Assembly: GCF_006345805.1 (NCBI RefSeq)
Contig: NC_042999.1
Coordinates: 157,108,001 to 157,172,000, forward strand
Direction: 5' to 3'
Length of the DNA stretch: 64,000 bases
DNA from: Octopus sinensis
Lineage: Eukaryota
Shown piece by piece: positions 26,699-39,318 of the stretch. A model generated the notes under the pieces. It was not told where the DNA came from and made no database searches. It saw only the letters and a list, made by a program, of their open reading frames with translations. Both the position numbers and the translations under genes were made by a program. Numbering within the stretch: position 1 is the first letter of the stretch; each line of letters starts with the position of its first letter.

Positions 26699-26900
26699 TA
26701 TATATATCTTTCACATATTGTCTGATCTGACTTTGTTTTAGATGTTTATGAAAAGCTTTGTTTACAATGTATTCTTTTGATTGCATTTGTTCTTTCCTTC
26801 ATGTTGTTTATTGTCCAGTTTGTTGTTATATGTATTGAGGATGAATACAAAAGTATATCATTCATTTTTACGAGGAACATATTTTGCTTTCTGCTCACAG

Positions 26901-26949
26901 TTATCAACATACGACTCCGAATAAAAATGAAGAATTAATGATACAAAAT
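26901..26949 (+). CDS. Coding exon 2 (49 nt) of MH2-only gene
   Basis: ttttgctttctgctcacag| ... |gtaagt. 1+48 nt converts phase 2 to phase 0, exactly linking the flanking exons; encodes (H)YQHTTPNKNEELMIQN. Confidence 0.7.
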
Positions 26950-27256
26950 GTAAGTTACATAAACTTATCAAATATATCCTTTTCAATCAAAGCCAAATTC
27001 AAATCATTAGTGAAAGAAGCATAATTCTTTCTGATTTAGATTTCCAGATGTTTGAATAATAGAGTTTTAGTTACAATTAACTAATTGCCTGTAAATCCTC
27101 TTCATTAACACATATATAGTTTTCTATATTGTATTTCTCATGACTAAAATGAAAGCTAAATAATTTCACTATTTTTTTTTTTACTTGGAGAAGTATTATT
27201 AAACTACAGAATAGTTACTTTATTAAGATGGATAAGGAGTTTTAAGTCAATATTGC

Positions 27257-27930
27257 TTAACCTTCCGTCTACCAATGGGTCTAATGGACCCATTTCAGTT
27301 GCTTTTTTCCTACTGTTTACACTATTTGATTCTATTGATTTCTCATGACTCTTATTTTTTCTTGTCAAATAGGAAATTTTCCATATGTTTACAAAAGCTA
27401 GAAAATTTCACTTTATACATTAATTACTGTATGGGTCCACTGGACCCTTGAATAAAATTCAGACAATACTCTTGTCATTCTAAACAGAATAATAGCAGTA
27501 TCAAATATTATTTTCCTAGATATTTATCAGATATAAAATATATAAAATTGTATTCAATTTTAGATAAAATAGGAAAAATTATGAAAATATTCCTGTATCA
27601 ATCTGCTAGGTTATAGGATGATGCAATATTTCTATGTGATGATACAATTCTTACAATATATTGCATCGTCTTTTGGGAGAGTATAAATGTGGGAGAGCAA
27701 TATCTGCCTTTAGTCTGCTATCAAGTTTCATATAGTTCAGTTGTGCTTTCCAATATGCCTAAACATGAAAACTTGAGTGAAGACCAAATATCAAAAAGGT
27801 TATTGGAATTAGATGAAGAATGGGAAGAAGTGATTGCTTCTATTGCTCTGAAGATGATGGTGAAAGTGATTGTGTGCTGGACAGTTTAGGTTCTGTGTCA
27901 TCAGATGATGAAGATACTCAAAAACAATTA
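27257..27930 (+). mobile_element. Possible piggyBac left end with acidic transposase N-terminus
   Basis: TTAA-CCT start, repeated gggtc..tggaccc sub-terminal motif, frameshifted MPKHENLSEDQI...SEDDGESD..SSDDED. Confidence 0.4.
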
Positions 27931-27943
27931 TCTGCAAGACACC

Positions 27944-28788
27944 CAATTGTTTCATGCTACTTCATTTTATTAAACACAGTAAGTATTACATCAGTTTTAA
28001 AATGTTGAGCAATTTTCAGCCACTTATAGAATTTTTCACTCAAACGGATAATGCACATTCTTATCTATATCTCATTTGCCAACATTATAAAGAGGGTAGA
28101 TATATACACAGAGAGGTTGATTTCATTCTTAAGAACATGGTTGTAGTATATTCACTCTCTGACTGTAGATTTTATCATTGAGTTCACTTTGTTATTTAGA
28201 TCTGTCAGTGGGGAGGGGTTTTTATTTTTGGTTGGATGGAGACAAAGAATTTTTTCTATTTATAGATTTAGGAAGGGGTAGTAAAAATGTCAAAACCATA
28301 AGCCCATTCCCATTTTGAGGAATTCAGTTTAGATATATTTGAATGTATTATAGCAAAAAGCTAGTAGGTTGAAGTTAGAGGGGGAGGGGGAACATAGACT
28401 ACTAGTGCTCTAGAGGTTTTCAATGTCCCTTACCATTTGACATCCAGATTCTATATTAAGAAATTTAAGTAATTATCCTTTAGATAATTTTCTAAAGGAT
28501 TTCAATAAATATTAGTATCTTATATGGGGACAGAAAATATAGAAATCATTTCATATTTATATAAATATATATATATATTCATTTCTATTAATATATAATC
28601 ATAATTAGCTAGTAAATGGTGATTTATTTTATCTACCCTTTTTATAATGTTGGCAAATGAAATAGGTATAAGAATGTGCATTGTCTGTTTGAGTGGAAAA
28701 TTCTATAAGTGGCTGAAGATTGCTCGACATTTTAAAACTAATGTAATACTTACAGTGTTTAATAAAATGAAGTAACATGAAACAATTG
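27944..28788. repeat. Inverted repeat, ~158-bp arms, ~530-bp spacer
   Basis: 27944-28101 vs 28631-28788. Confidence 0.8.
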
Positions 28789-29014
28789 TACTACTCTACC
28801 TTGGATATACTTGTTGCTTATTTTGATTATAGATATATATATGTATATAGAGAGAGCTGTGGTTTAATAACTGACATGACTTCCATCACTGTAACATATA
28901 GATAGGAACGGATAAACTCATAGATCCAACTTCTCTATTATTTTTTAAGTTCCTATTATTTTTTCTCTGCACTGATGAGTACTATGATAATTTATTAATT
29001 CAAAAATGAATTTA

Positions 29015-29357
29015 TGATGGAATAGGGAGTGTAGGCATACTTCTTGCAGAGAAATGGATGGATAAGGTAATTAGGGTGTGCGATAGAGTACATAAACTCC
29101 GGCTAGTCTTGCAGAATGGTATAGCTACAACTATCTCTGCCTATGCTCCACAAGCAGGTTTACCAAATGAACAGAAGGATCTCTTCTATGATATTCTTCT
29201 GCAGGCTACCTCAAAGACGTGTGACAATGATCTCATCTTTGTGACTGGAAATTTTAATGGGCATGTCAGACAGCAATCTGGTATCTTCCATGGAATTGGT
29301 TCCCAAAAGAAGAGAGAACTAGGCTCCTGGAGTTCTGCAATGCAAATAACCTATTGA
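29015..29357 (+). mobile_element. RTE AP-endonuclease fragment
   Basis: VGILLAEKWMDKVIRV, SAYAPQAG, GNFNGHV; paralogous to 33.9 kb element. Confidence 0.85.
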
Positions 29358-29659
29358 TCTGCAACCAGTGTTGCCAACTTAAAATTTTATGCTAAATTTC
29401 AATAGAAAAAAAATTTTAAATGCTAAAAAATGCTAAATATGACAAAAAAGTGCTTAAGACTAATTATATCTCATCTTATCATGTAATAGTTCAATACTCA
29501 TAATTGGTCCTTTATCGATTTTTATTGAAATTAGCCTATAATTGAACTGGATGTTAGTTCAACATGTATACAAAGTTTGGTGAAGATTGATTCCCTGGTT
29601 TGGGCAGGAAGATGGTAACAAACAGATGGACAGAAATTGCCATTTATATATAAGATATA

Positions 29660-29825
29660 GATATATACGATAGGCTTCTTTCAGTTTCCATCTACCAAAT
29701 CCACTCACAAGGCTTTGGTTAGCCTGAGACTGTAGTAGAAGACACTTGCCCATGGTTCCACTACATGGAACTGAACCTGGAATCATGTGGTTGGGAAGCA
29801 AGCTTCTTGCCACACAACCACACCT
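29660..29825 (-). mobile_element. SINE family B (5' half)
   Basis: Partial homology. Confidence 0.7.
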
Positions 29826-30277
29826 GCACACACACATACATACATTCATACATATATATATATATATAAATTATTAGAGTTAACCACTATGTGGATAACT
29901 CTAGTGCTAAAAAGAGCTCCGAAGCAACCACAGAAGATCTGTTTCCAACTAGAATCAACACACATTTAACGGAAGGAAAGTGAAATACAACGAATAAAAT
30001 AGATTGACTCTATACAATTGTTTCATTACTAATGCAATATGTAGTTTTACTTACACTTGCATCTATAAATCTTCGGTAGAGTTTGTCAGAAATGCAATTA
30101 ATTAGATCGAGTCGAGCGTCAAAAACACGAGCGGTCCAACCAATTACATTTTTAGTTATGTCTCAAAAGCATGCCTAGACTCCATTGGAAACGTATTTTC
30201 TCCGTAGTTTTTGTGCTAAGCCACTTGGTGTTAAATTGATGGTATTATTAAATTAATATCGATTTTTCACCCTCATT

Positions 30278-30335
<58 letters not shown>

Positions 30336-30339
<4 letters not shown>

Positions 30340-30949
30340 TGTTATATTTCGGAATGGTCATATTGCCAGTTTAGCCAATAAAAACACACGCACTATATTT
30401 GGTGTTATTTTGCTTCAGTGATATTATTTTTTACATTAATCTTAATCTTATTTCGGCCAAAGTTCTTTCGTCACACTCCTGTGACCGCATCAGTGGTCCT
30501 TTGTTTTCTTCTCACTTACTTGTGTCTCTCCTTACTAACCGTCAGCTTTTGTATTTCTATTGTATGTCTTCATTGCGCATGCTTATATCTCTATGTGCGT
30601 CTATGTTTTTTAGTGTGTGTGGGGGGGATGCCTGTATATTTGTATCTTCTGGTTATATACATTCTTGTAATTTGTATTTTGTTTTTGTTGTTGTGTTTTT
30701 GCTTTTGTTCTAATTTTGTTCATGTGTTTTACATCCACCCATTATTATCATTACATATGCTTGTATGTATGTATAACAACAATATTAGTAATAATAAAAT
30801 AAATCTAATCGAAAAAAAAAAAAAAGAATATACATATACATATATATAATACATACATATACATATACATACATATATACACACATATATACACATATAG
30901 ATATTCATTTCTATTTCTTTAATTACCTGTGTATTTATTATGTTTGCAG
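30336..30949 (-). repeat. Inverted (5') pseudo-LTR of PLE
   Basis: Reverse complement of 33224-33808, including the internal A-run, (AT/AC) tract and hammerhead; one ~36-nt indel. Confidence 0.9.
30455..30499 (-). ncRNA. Second copy of the same hammerhead-like motif in the inverted pLTR
   Basis: Exact reverse complement of 33644-33688. Confidence 0.6.
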
Positions 30950-33211
30950 TTCACTATAGCTAGGACCAAACTTAGACAGATTTTAGGATTATACATTAAG
31001 AGACAGAGACAGAATAAGACAGATGCCCAACAACTAGGGATTAAACCTGCATGTGGCCTACAGAAGCTCATTCAGCGCACGAGGAACGGAGAGGTGATAT
31101 GCCTTCCCACGGATAAGTCCGGCAGGATGTCAATAGACAACTTACCGAACTACATCCAGGCAATGCAACCTCATATCGCCAATACATAAGTAACAACTGT
31201 ACAGGCGCATGAGGAGAGAGAAAAGGTCCTCAATGCCCACATGATGATGTGGACAATTGTTCTGGGACCTCAGAAACGTACTGCAAAGAATTTCCAAGCC
31301 TGGAACAATGATATCCCGGCACTGTATGGACTTCGCAAGGACCATAAAGGTTTTACTGACCCTATAGCAGGACCACCAACAAGACCAGTCTGTGGAGCAA
31401 ATATCGCTAGCAATTACAGAATCTCCTACTTCCTCTCAATGATCATACGCCCTATAATCAGGATGTCACCTGATGTGTGTGACAGCACAGAAGATCTCCT
31501 AAGCAGGATCAGTGACTGTAACAAAACTTGTGACTTGACAGGATGTATAGTAGGTAGCATGGATGTGGTATCCCTATACCCATCGATTGACGTAGATTTT
31601 GCAGTGGAGAAGTGCGTGGAGATGATCAACGAGAGCCAGGTGGAGTTCTGTAATGTTGACACAGAAGAACTGGGCCTCCTACTTAGACTGACATATAATA
31701 GTGAATACTTAGATAAACATAATCTTAGTAGTTTCTGCCCCAGTAGATGTTTAAGAGGTAGACCGCCTACAATTACTTCTATGGCTAGGAAGACACATAT
31801 AGAAAGATGGCGCGGATGGACCAGAGCCATACGGAGCCCCGCAAATGTCCATCAGGTAAAGAAAATGATCGCACATGCACTAGGAGCTAGTATAAGAGTT
31901 ACCCTAAAAGGCCACACATTTAAATTTAATAATAAAATATATGCCCAGGACGAGGGGGCAGCCATCGGTGTTAGTATCGCTGGTGATGTGGCCAACCTCT
32001 TCATGGTATAGTGGGACAGAAGGCTTAAAGAATGCCTACTGCAGAAATCCATACTCGTAAACATGTACTCTCGCTATGTTGATGATATCAATATAGTAGT
32101 AAAGGCACCCCCACAGAGAGTACTGTTGATATAGTAATAGAAACTAATACTATGGAGAGCATCCAGCAAATAGCTAACTCCATCCACCAGAGTATTAAGG
32201 TCACAATACTACTACCCCACTAAACACCCCAACCATAGACTACCAGTACTAGACACTGAACTCTGGCTAGAAATTGTGAAAAATAAAACCCAAATCCTTC
32301 ATTCATACTATGCAAAACCTATGGCCTCAAAATACCTGATCCACCGGAACTCAGCCATTGCGGGCAATGCCAAATTCAATATTTTGATGGCAGACCTCGT
32401 CAGAATAATGAGAAATGTGTCACGCATGTGCGAGCCTACAGAATTAAAGAGACACATACAGTATTTCATTCACCGCATGCAGTTCTCAGGTTACAGCCAT
32501 AAAGAAAGGATCAGAGTATACAAAGGAGCCATGAAGAAATTTGATAATATATTATGTAATGATAGGAATGGGATTTGCCCACTCTATAGGAACAAGTCAT
32601 GGAACACTATAGAAAGGACAAAAAAGAAAATAGGGAAGGCCAACTCTTGGTATGATAGCCATAAATACCAGAGTGTCATGTTCGTTGACACCACCCCTGG
32701 AGGTGAACTAGCGTACCGCTTTAGAAGGACCCTAGATAAACTTAAACTAAGAATTAAGGTTGTTGAAAAGCCAGGCAACCCTATCAGATCTATAATTGGT
32801 AGAAGCTATCCTTTTAGTAGAACTCTCTGTACGGATAACTATTGCACTGTATGTAGATTTAGCCCACAAACGAACTGTAAAGCCAGAAATGTGGTCTATA
32901 GTATAAGATGTATAGAGGGACGATGCAGTAACAAGACAGTAACATACGTAGGGGAAACTGCAAGAAGCATTGGTGAGCGGGTGAATGAACATTGGAGACA
33001 ACTCAAGGAAGGTAAAAGCTCATCGATTCTGTACCAACACGCCGAACAAGAACACGGGGGATCAATCAATAACATAGAGATTAAGATATTGTCCACACAT
33101 AGAACAGATGCAACAATTAGACAAATTACAGAAGCTACACATATAATAGAAAATAAACCTAGCCTGAATAGAAAACTAGAATGGAGCAATAGCGCACACC
33201 ACAACATATGA
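30950..33211 (+). pseudogene. PLE polyprotein (reverse transcriptase + Cys-rich linker + GIY-YIG endonuclease), disrupted
   Basis: Motifs TDKSG, YGLRKDHK, PTRPVCG, SMDVVSLYPSI, QDEGAAIG, YVDD (32075-32086), C-x4-C-x2-C-x7-C linker, VVY...YVGETARS..ER..EH. In-frame stops at 31187 and 32009; two frameshifts between ~32110 and ~32210. Confidence 0.9.
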
Positions 33212-33223
33212 CAATAGTGGATC

Positions 33224-33808
33224 CTGCAAACATAATAAATACACAGGTAATTAAAGAAATAGAAATGAATATCTATATGTGTATATATGTGTGTATATAT
33301 GTATGTATATGTATATGTATGTATATATATATATGTATATGTATATTCTTTTTTTTTTTTTTTTTCGATTAGATTTATTATTATTATTACTAATATTGTT
33401 GTTATACATACATACAAGCATATGTAATGATAATAATGGGTGGATGTAAACACATGAACAAAATTAGAACAAAAGCAACAACAACAAAAACAAAATACAA
33501 ATTACAAGAATGTATATAACCAGAAGATACAAATATTACAGGCATCCCCCCCCCCAAGCATGCGCAAATGAAGACATACAATAGAAATACAAAATGGCTG
33601 ACGGTTAGTAAGGAGAGACACAAGTAAGTGAGAAGAAAACAAAGGACCACTGATGCGGTCACAGGAGTGTGACGAAAGAACTTTGGCCGAAATAAGATTA
33701 AGATTAATGTAAAAAATAAATATCACTGAAGCAAAATAACACCAAATATATAGTGCGTGTGTTTTTATTGGCTAAACTGCAATATGACCATTCCGAAAAT
33801 AACCATAT
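33224..33808 (+). repeat. 3' pseudo-LTR of PLE
   Basis: Begins 13 nt after the ORF stop; inverted copy at 30336-30949. Confidence 0.9.
33644..33688 (+). ncRNA. Minimal type I hammerhead-like ribozyme, atypical core (CUGAUGC)
   Basis: GGACCA-CTGATGC-G-[GTCACA GGAG TGTGAC]-GAA-[AG AA CT]-T^-TGGCC: stem I CCA/TGG, 6-bp stem II, 2-bp stem III; sense to the PLE ORF. Confidence 0.6.
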
Positions 33809-33885
33809 CTGTTTCAACACACGACTTCACATAAAAAATCTTGCACAACAAATATTTAAACGTGTATATATATATATATATATGA

Positions 33886-36839
33886 CGTGTTGACGTATGT
33901 TGTATGCAAGAAATAAGGTGGAGAGGAGGATCTGCTAGGTTCCTCACAGGCAAGGAACACAGGTACAAGATTTTCTGGGCAGGGAACACTGACGGGGTTG
34001 GTGGCGTGGGTATACTTATCGCTGAGAAATGGATAGATAGAGTAATTGAGGTAATCAGAGTAAGTGACAGAATACTTAAGATTAGAATAGTGCTTCATCA
34101 TAGATTAGCAACCATTATATCGGCCTATGCCCCTCAGCCAGGGCTACCCGATGGACAGAAAGACAGTTTCTATGACACCCTACTGCAGACCACCTCATTG
34201 ACGAACGACAGGGACCTTCTCTTTGTGGCTGGTGATTTCAATGGGCATGTTGGACGACATGCTGGGGGCTTCCATGGCGTGCATGGAGGCTACGGTTATG
34301 GTTCCCGCAACGAGGAGGGAACCAGGCTGCTGGAGTTCTGCGATGCGAATAGTCTTATGATCTGCAACACTAACTTCAGGAAACCAACAAGCCACCTGGT
34401 CACCTACCGATCGGGCCGGCATGCTAGCCAAATCGACTACATCCTCGCCAGAAAAAGGGAAAGATGGCTGCTTATAAATGCCAAAACCTTCCCGGGCGAA
34501 GAATGCACCCCACAACATAGACTGGTAGTTAGTGACTTTAGGATCAGGACTAAGAGGGCGACTAGAAGACGACCAACATAGAGAAGAAGGGTCTGGAAGC
34601 TTAAAGACCCTGCGAATGGACAGAGATTTAGAGATATGTTACTTGAAGCCTTTGACGAAGTGGAAGGGGGTATAGCTACACATGGGGTAGAAGACAACTG
34701 GACGTTTCTGAGGGACAACCTGCTGAAAGCCGCTGACCAGATCTGTGGCTGGTGCAAAGTCCCCTTAAGACCCAAAATAACATGGTGGTGGAACAATATT
34801 GTTGATAGGGCTATTAGACAAAAGAAACAGGCTTGGAAGGCCTGGAAGAACGGTGGTAGCAGGGAATGTATCAGACTGCCAGAAGAGAAGCTAGGAGACA
34901 GGTCTATCTAGCCAGAGGGGAAGCAGATAAAAGAAAATTTGCCAATGTCCTGCGCCGTGAGGATGAAAGACTTGAGGTATTTCGTGTTGCAAGACAGTGT
35001 GTGAGAGAGAATCGAGATGTGGTAGGAGAGAAATGTGTTCGCATGGAGGATGGTTCACTTGCGTTAAATGAGGATGCAAAGAGAGAAGCTTGGAGACGCC
35101 ACTATGAAAGGTTGCTGAATGAGGAAAATGAATGGGATAAAGAGAGTCTGCCGAATGTTGACCCAACAGAGGGACCAGCTATCCGAGTTGATAGTTCCGT
35201 GGTAGCTAAGGCAATTAGAAGCATGAAGACAGGGAAAGCCCCAGGCCCATCAGGAATTACTGCAGAGATGCTCAAAATATCTGGTAGTGTCGGCTATAGC
35301 ATAGTCACCCGTATAGTTAACCAGGTGATACACGAAGGAGTCATACCCAATGACTGGTGTAGCAGCATAATAGTCAACTGCTACAAAGGTAAAGGCGATG
35401 CCCTAGATACAAATAACTACAGGGGCATCAAGCTGTTGGATCAGGTAATGAAGGTTACGGAGAGGGTTATAGCCCAGTTAATTAGAGAGAGAGTTAGCTT
35501 AGATGATATGCAGTTTGGGTTCGTGCCAGGGAAAAGTACTACTGATGCTATAATCCTGGTAAGACAGCTGCAGGAGAAATACCTAGCCAAAGGTAAGCCC
35601 TTGTACCTGGCTTTTGTTGACTTAGAGAAAGCCTTTGACAGGGTCCCCCGATCCCTTATCTGGTGGTCAATGAGGAAACTAGGGATAGATGAATGGTTAG
35701 TGAGAGCTGTGCGAGCCATGTACAGAGACGCAGCTAGTAAGGTGAGGGTTGGCAACGAGTACAGTGAAGAATTCCGGGTAGAGGTTGGGGTCCACCAAGG
35801 TTCAGTCCTCAGCCCCCTCCTATTTATCATAGTCCTCCAGGCAATAACGGAAGAATTTAAGACAGGATGCCCCTGGGAGCTCCTATATGCTGATGACCTT
35901 GCTCTAATTGCTGAGTCACTATCAGAACTGGAGGAGAAGTTTCAGGTGTGGAAACAAGGATTAGAATCGAAGGGCCTTAGAATCAACCTAGCCAAAACCA
36001 AAGTCCTAATAAGTAGGAAGGTGGACCAACCACAAACGACTTCAGGTAGATGGCCCTGCTCGATCTGTAAAAAAGGTGTAGGTAGAAACTCTATAAGGTG
36101 CACCAAGTGTAAGCTATGGACACATAAGAGGTGCAGCAATGTCAAAGGAAGGCTAACTAAGAAAATAGTTTTTGTCTGTGGCAGATGCTCAGGAGAAATA
36201 AACACTGGAAATGTGCAGAGTCCAACTTCTACCACGTTCCAGGGAGACAAACTAGAAGTAGTTGATAGCTTCCGCTACCTAGGAGACCAAGTCAGTAGCG
36301 GGGGTGGGTGTGCTGAAAGTGTAACTGCTAGAGTAAGAATAGCCTGGGCAAAGTTTAGAGAGCTCTTACCCCTGCTGGTGACAAAAGGTCTCTCGCTAAG
36401 AGTAAAAGGCAGACTATATGATGCGTGTGTACGTACAGCCATGCTACATGGTAGTGAAACATGGGCCGTGACAGCTGAGGATATGCGTAAGCTTGCAAGA
36501 AATGAAGCCAGTATGCTCCGATGGATGTGTAATGTCAGTGTTCATAATCGTCAGAGTGTAAGTACTTTGAGAGAAAAGTTGAACCTAAGAAGTGTCAGTT
36601 GTGGTGTGCAAGAGAGACGGCTGCGCTGGTATGGTCATGTGACGAGAATGGCTGAAGATAGTTGTGTGCAAAAGTGCTACAACCTAGCAGTTGAGGGAAC
36701 CTGTGGAAGAGGTAGACCCAGGAAAACCTGGGACGAGGTGGTGAAGCACGACCTTCGAACTTTAGGTCTCACCAAGGAAATGACTGAAGACCGAGTCCTA
36801 TGGAAGTGTGCTGTGCATGAGAGGACCCGGCAGGACTAG
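33886..36839 (+). pseudogene. RTE ORF: AP endonuclease + reverse transcriptase with inserted PHD finger
   Basis: APE motifs (C)MQE, SAYAPQ, GDFNGHVG, QIDY, QHRLV; RT motifs KAPG, NYRGI, QFGF, FVDLEKAFD, GVHQGSVLSP, YADD (35886-35897), YLG. One in-frame TAG (34579) and one 1-bp frameshift (~34867). Confidence 0.92.
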
Positions 36840-39150
36840 TCAGGCCATATCCCGTGGCCCCTACCTGGGACGTAGTCGATCCACCTGTGCATACCTTCCT
36901 TCTTGTGACACTTGTGAAGACCTGCTGAGGCAAGTGAAAATCAATCAAAATAGATGAACATCAATGGAATTTGTATCTTTGTGGTACCAGTGCCTGTGGC
37001 ACACAGAAAACCATCCGAACGTGGCCGTAGCCAGTACCGCATCGACTGGCCTCCGTGCTGTGGGAACATGGTGGCACATAAAAACACCATCCGAAGACCC
37101 GGCAAGACTAGTCAGGTCATAACCCGTGGGCCTTACCTGGGACGTAGTCAGTCCACCTGTACATACCTTCCGACTTGTGAAGACCTGCTGAGGCAAGTGA
37201 AAATCAAATCAAATCAAAACAAATCAAAATAGATGAACATCAATGGAATTTGTATCCTTGTGGTACCAGTGCCAGTGGCACACAAGAATCCATCCGAACG
37301 TGGCCGTAGTCAGTACCGCTTGTGGTACCAGTGCCGGTGGCACACAAGAATCCATCCGAACGTGGCCGTAGTCAGTACCTAGCTTGTGGTACCAGTGCCA
37401 GTGGCACACAAGAATCCATCCGATCGTGGCCGTAGTCAGTACCGCATCACTGGCCATCGTGCTGTGGGCACATAACAAACACCATCCGTCGTGGCCGTTC
37501 GCCAGCCTCATCTAGCACCTGTGTCGGTGGCACATAAAAACACCTTCCGAAGACCCGGCAAGACTATCAGGCCATAAACCATGGCCCCTACCTGGGACGT
37601 AGTCAGTCCACCTGTGCATACCTTCCTCCTTGTGATACTTGTGAAGGCCTGTTGAGGCAAGTGAAAATCAAAGGCCTGTTGAGGCAAGTGAAATCAAAAT
37701 CAAAATCAAATCAAAACAAATCAAAATAGATGAACATCAATGGAATTTGTATCTTTGTGGTACCAGTGCCGGTGGCACACAAGAGAAAACCATCCGAAAG
37801 TGGCCGTAGCCAGTACCGCATCGACTGGCCTCCGTTCTGTGGGCACATGACAAACACCATCCGATCGTGGCCGTTCGCCAGCCTCATCTAGCACCTGTGT
37901 CGGTGGCACATAAAAACACCATCCGAAGACCCGGCAAGACTAGTCAGGCCATAACCCATGGCCCCTACCTGGGATGTAGTCAGTCCACCTGTGCATACCT
38001 TCCTTCTTGTGACACTTGTGAAGACCTGTTGAGGCAAGTGAAAATCAAATCAAAACAAATCAAAATAGATGAACATCAATGGAATCTGTATCTTTGTGGT
38101 ACCAGTGCCGGTGGCACACACTTTGTGGTACCAGTGCCGGTGGCACACATGAGAACCATCCGAACGTGGCCGTAGCCAGTTCCGCATCGACCGGCCTCCG
38201 TGCTGTGGGCACGTAACAAACACCATCCGATCATGGCCGTTCGCCAGCCTCATCTGGCACCTGTGTCGGTGGCACATAAAAACACCTTCCGAAGACCCGG
38301 CAAGACTAGTCAGTCCACCTGTGCATACCTTCCTTCCTTCTGTGACACTTGTGAAGACCGGTTGAGGCAAGTGAAAATCAAATCAAAATAGACAAAATAG
38401 ATGAACATCAATGGAATTTGTATCTTGTGGTACCAGTGCCTGTGGCACACAAGAAATCCATCAGTGCCGTAGTCAGTGCGGTGGGCACATGACAAACACC
38501 ATCCGATCGTGGCCGTTCGCCAGCCTCATCTAGCACCTGTGTCGGTGGCACATAAAAACACCATCCGAAGACCCGGCAAGACTAGTCAGGCCATAACCCA
38601 TGGCCCCTACCTGGGACGTAGTCAGTCCACCTGTGCATACCTTCCTTCTTGTGACACTTGTGAAGACCTGTTGAGGCAAGTGAAAATCAAATCAAAACAA
38701 ATCAAAATAGATGAACATCAATGGAATTTGTATCTTTGTGGTACCAGTGCCGGTGGCACGTGGCACATAAGAAAACCATCCGAACGTGGCCGTAGCCAGT
38801 ACCGCATCGACTGGCCTCCGTGCTGTGGGCACGTAACAAGCACCATCCGATCGTGGCCGTTTGCCAGCCTCATCTGGCACCTGTGTCGGTGGCACATAAA
38901 AACACCATCCGAGCATGGCCGTCTGCCAGCCTCGTCTGGCACCTGTGTCGGTGGCACATAAAAAACACCATCCGAGCGTGGCCGTCTGCCAGCCTCGTCT
39001 GGCACCTGTGTCGGTGGCACATAAAAACACCATCCGAGCGTGGCCGTCTGCCAGCCTCGTCTGGCACCTGTGTCGGTGGCACATAAAAACACCATCCGAG
39101 CGTGGCCGTTTGTCAGCCTCGTCTGGCACCTGTGTCGGTGGCACATAAAA
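36821..39150 (+). repeat. Higher-order tandem array in RTE 3' UTR
   Basis: Six 270-460 bp units starting at 36821, 37093, 37549, 37925, 38291 and 38567, followed by about four 62-63 bp units (gtggcacataaaaacaccatccgag...). Confidence 0.9.
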
Positions 39151-39318
39151 TCACCCACTACACTCTCGGAGTGGTTGGCGTTAGGAAGGGCATCCAGCTG
39201 TAGAAACACTGCCAGATCTGACTGGACTGGTGCAGCTTTCGGGCTCCCCAGACCCCAGTTGAACCGTCCAACCCATGCTAGCATGGAAAGCGGACGTTAA
39301 ATGATGATGATGATGATG

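Larger units (their letters stand above)
30336..33862 (+). mobile_element. Penelope-like retroelement (PLE), near full length, with inverted 5' pseudo-LTR
   Basis: RT + GIY-YIG reading frame bracketed by ~600-bp inverted copies of the same terminal sequence; (TA)n on both flanks. Confidence 0.92.

Noticed and set aside
38890-39130. HDV-like ribozyme in the 62-bp monomer (GCCAG-CCTCGT-CTGGC resembles P3/L3)
   Set aside because: Could not find matching P1, P2 or the J4/2 catalytic C segment on either strand.
36840-39150. CRISPR-like repeat/spacer array, and ORFs across the array
   Set aside because: Eukaryotic context, the spacers are themselves repeated, there are no cas genes, and the array is contiguous with a LINE 3' UTR. 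The ORFs are artefacts of repeat periodicity.
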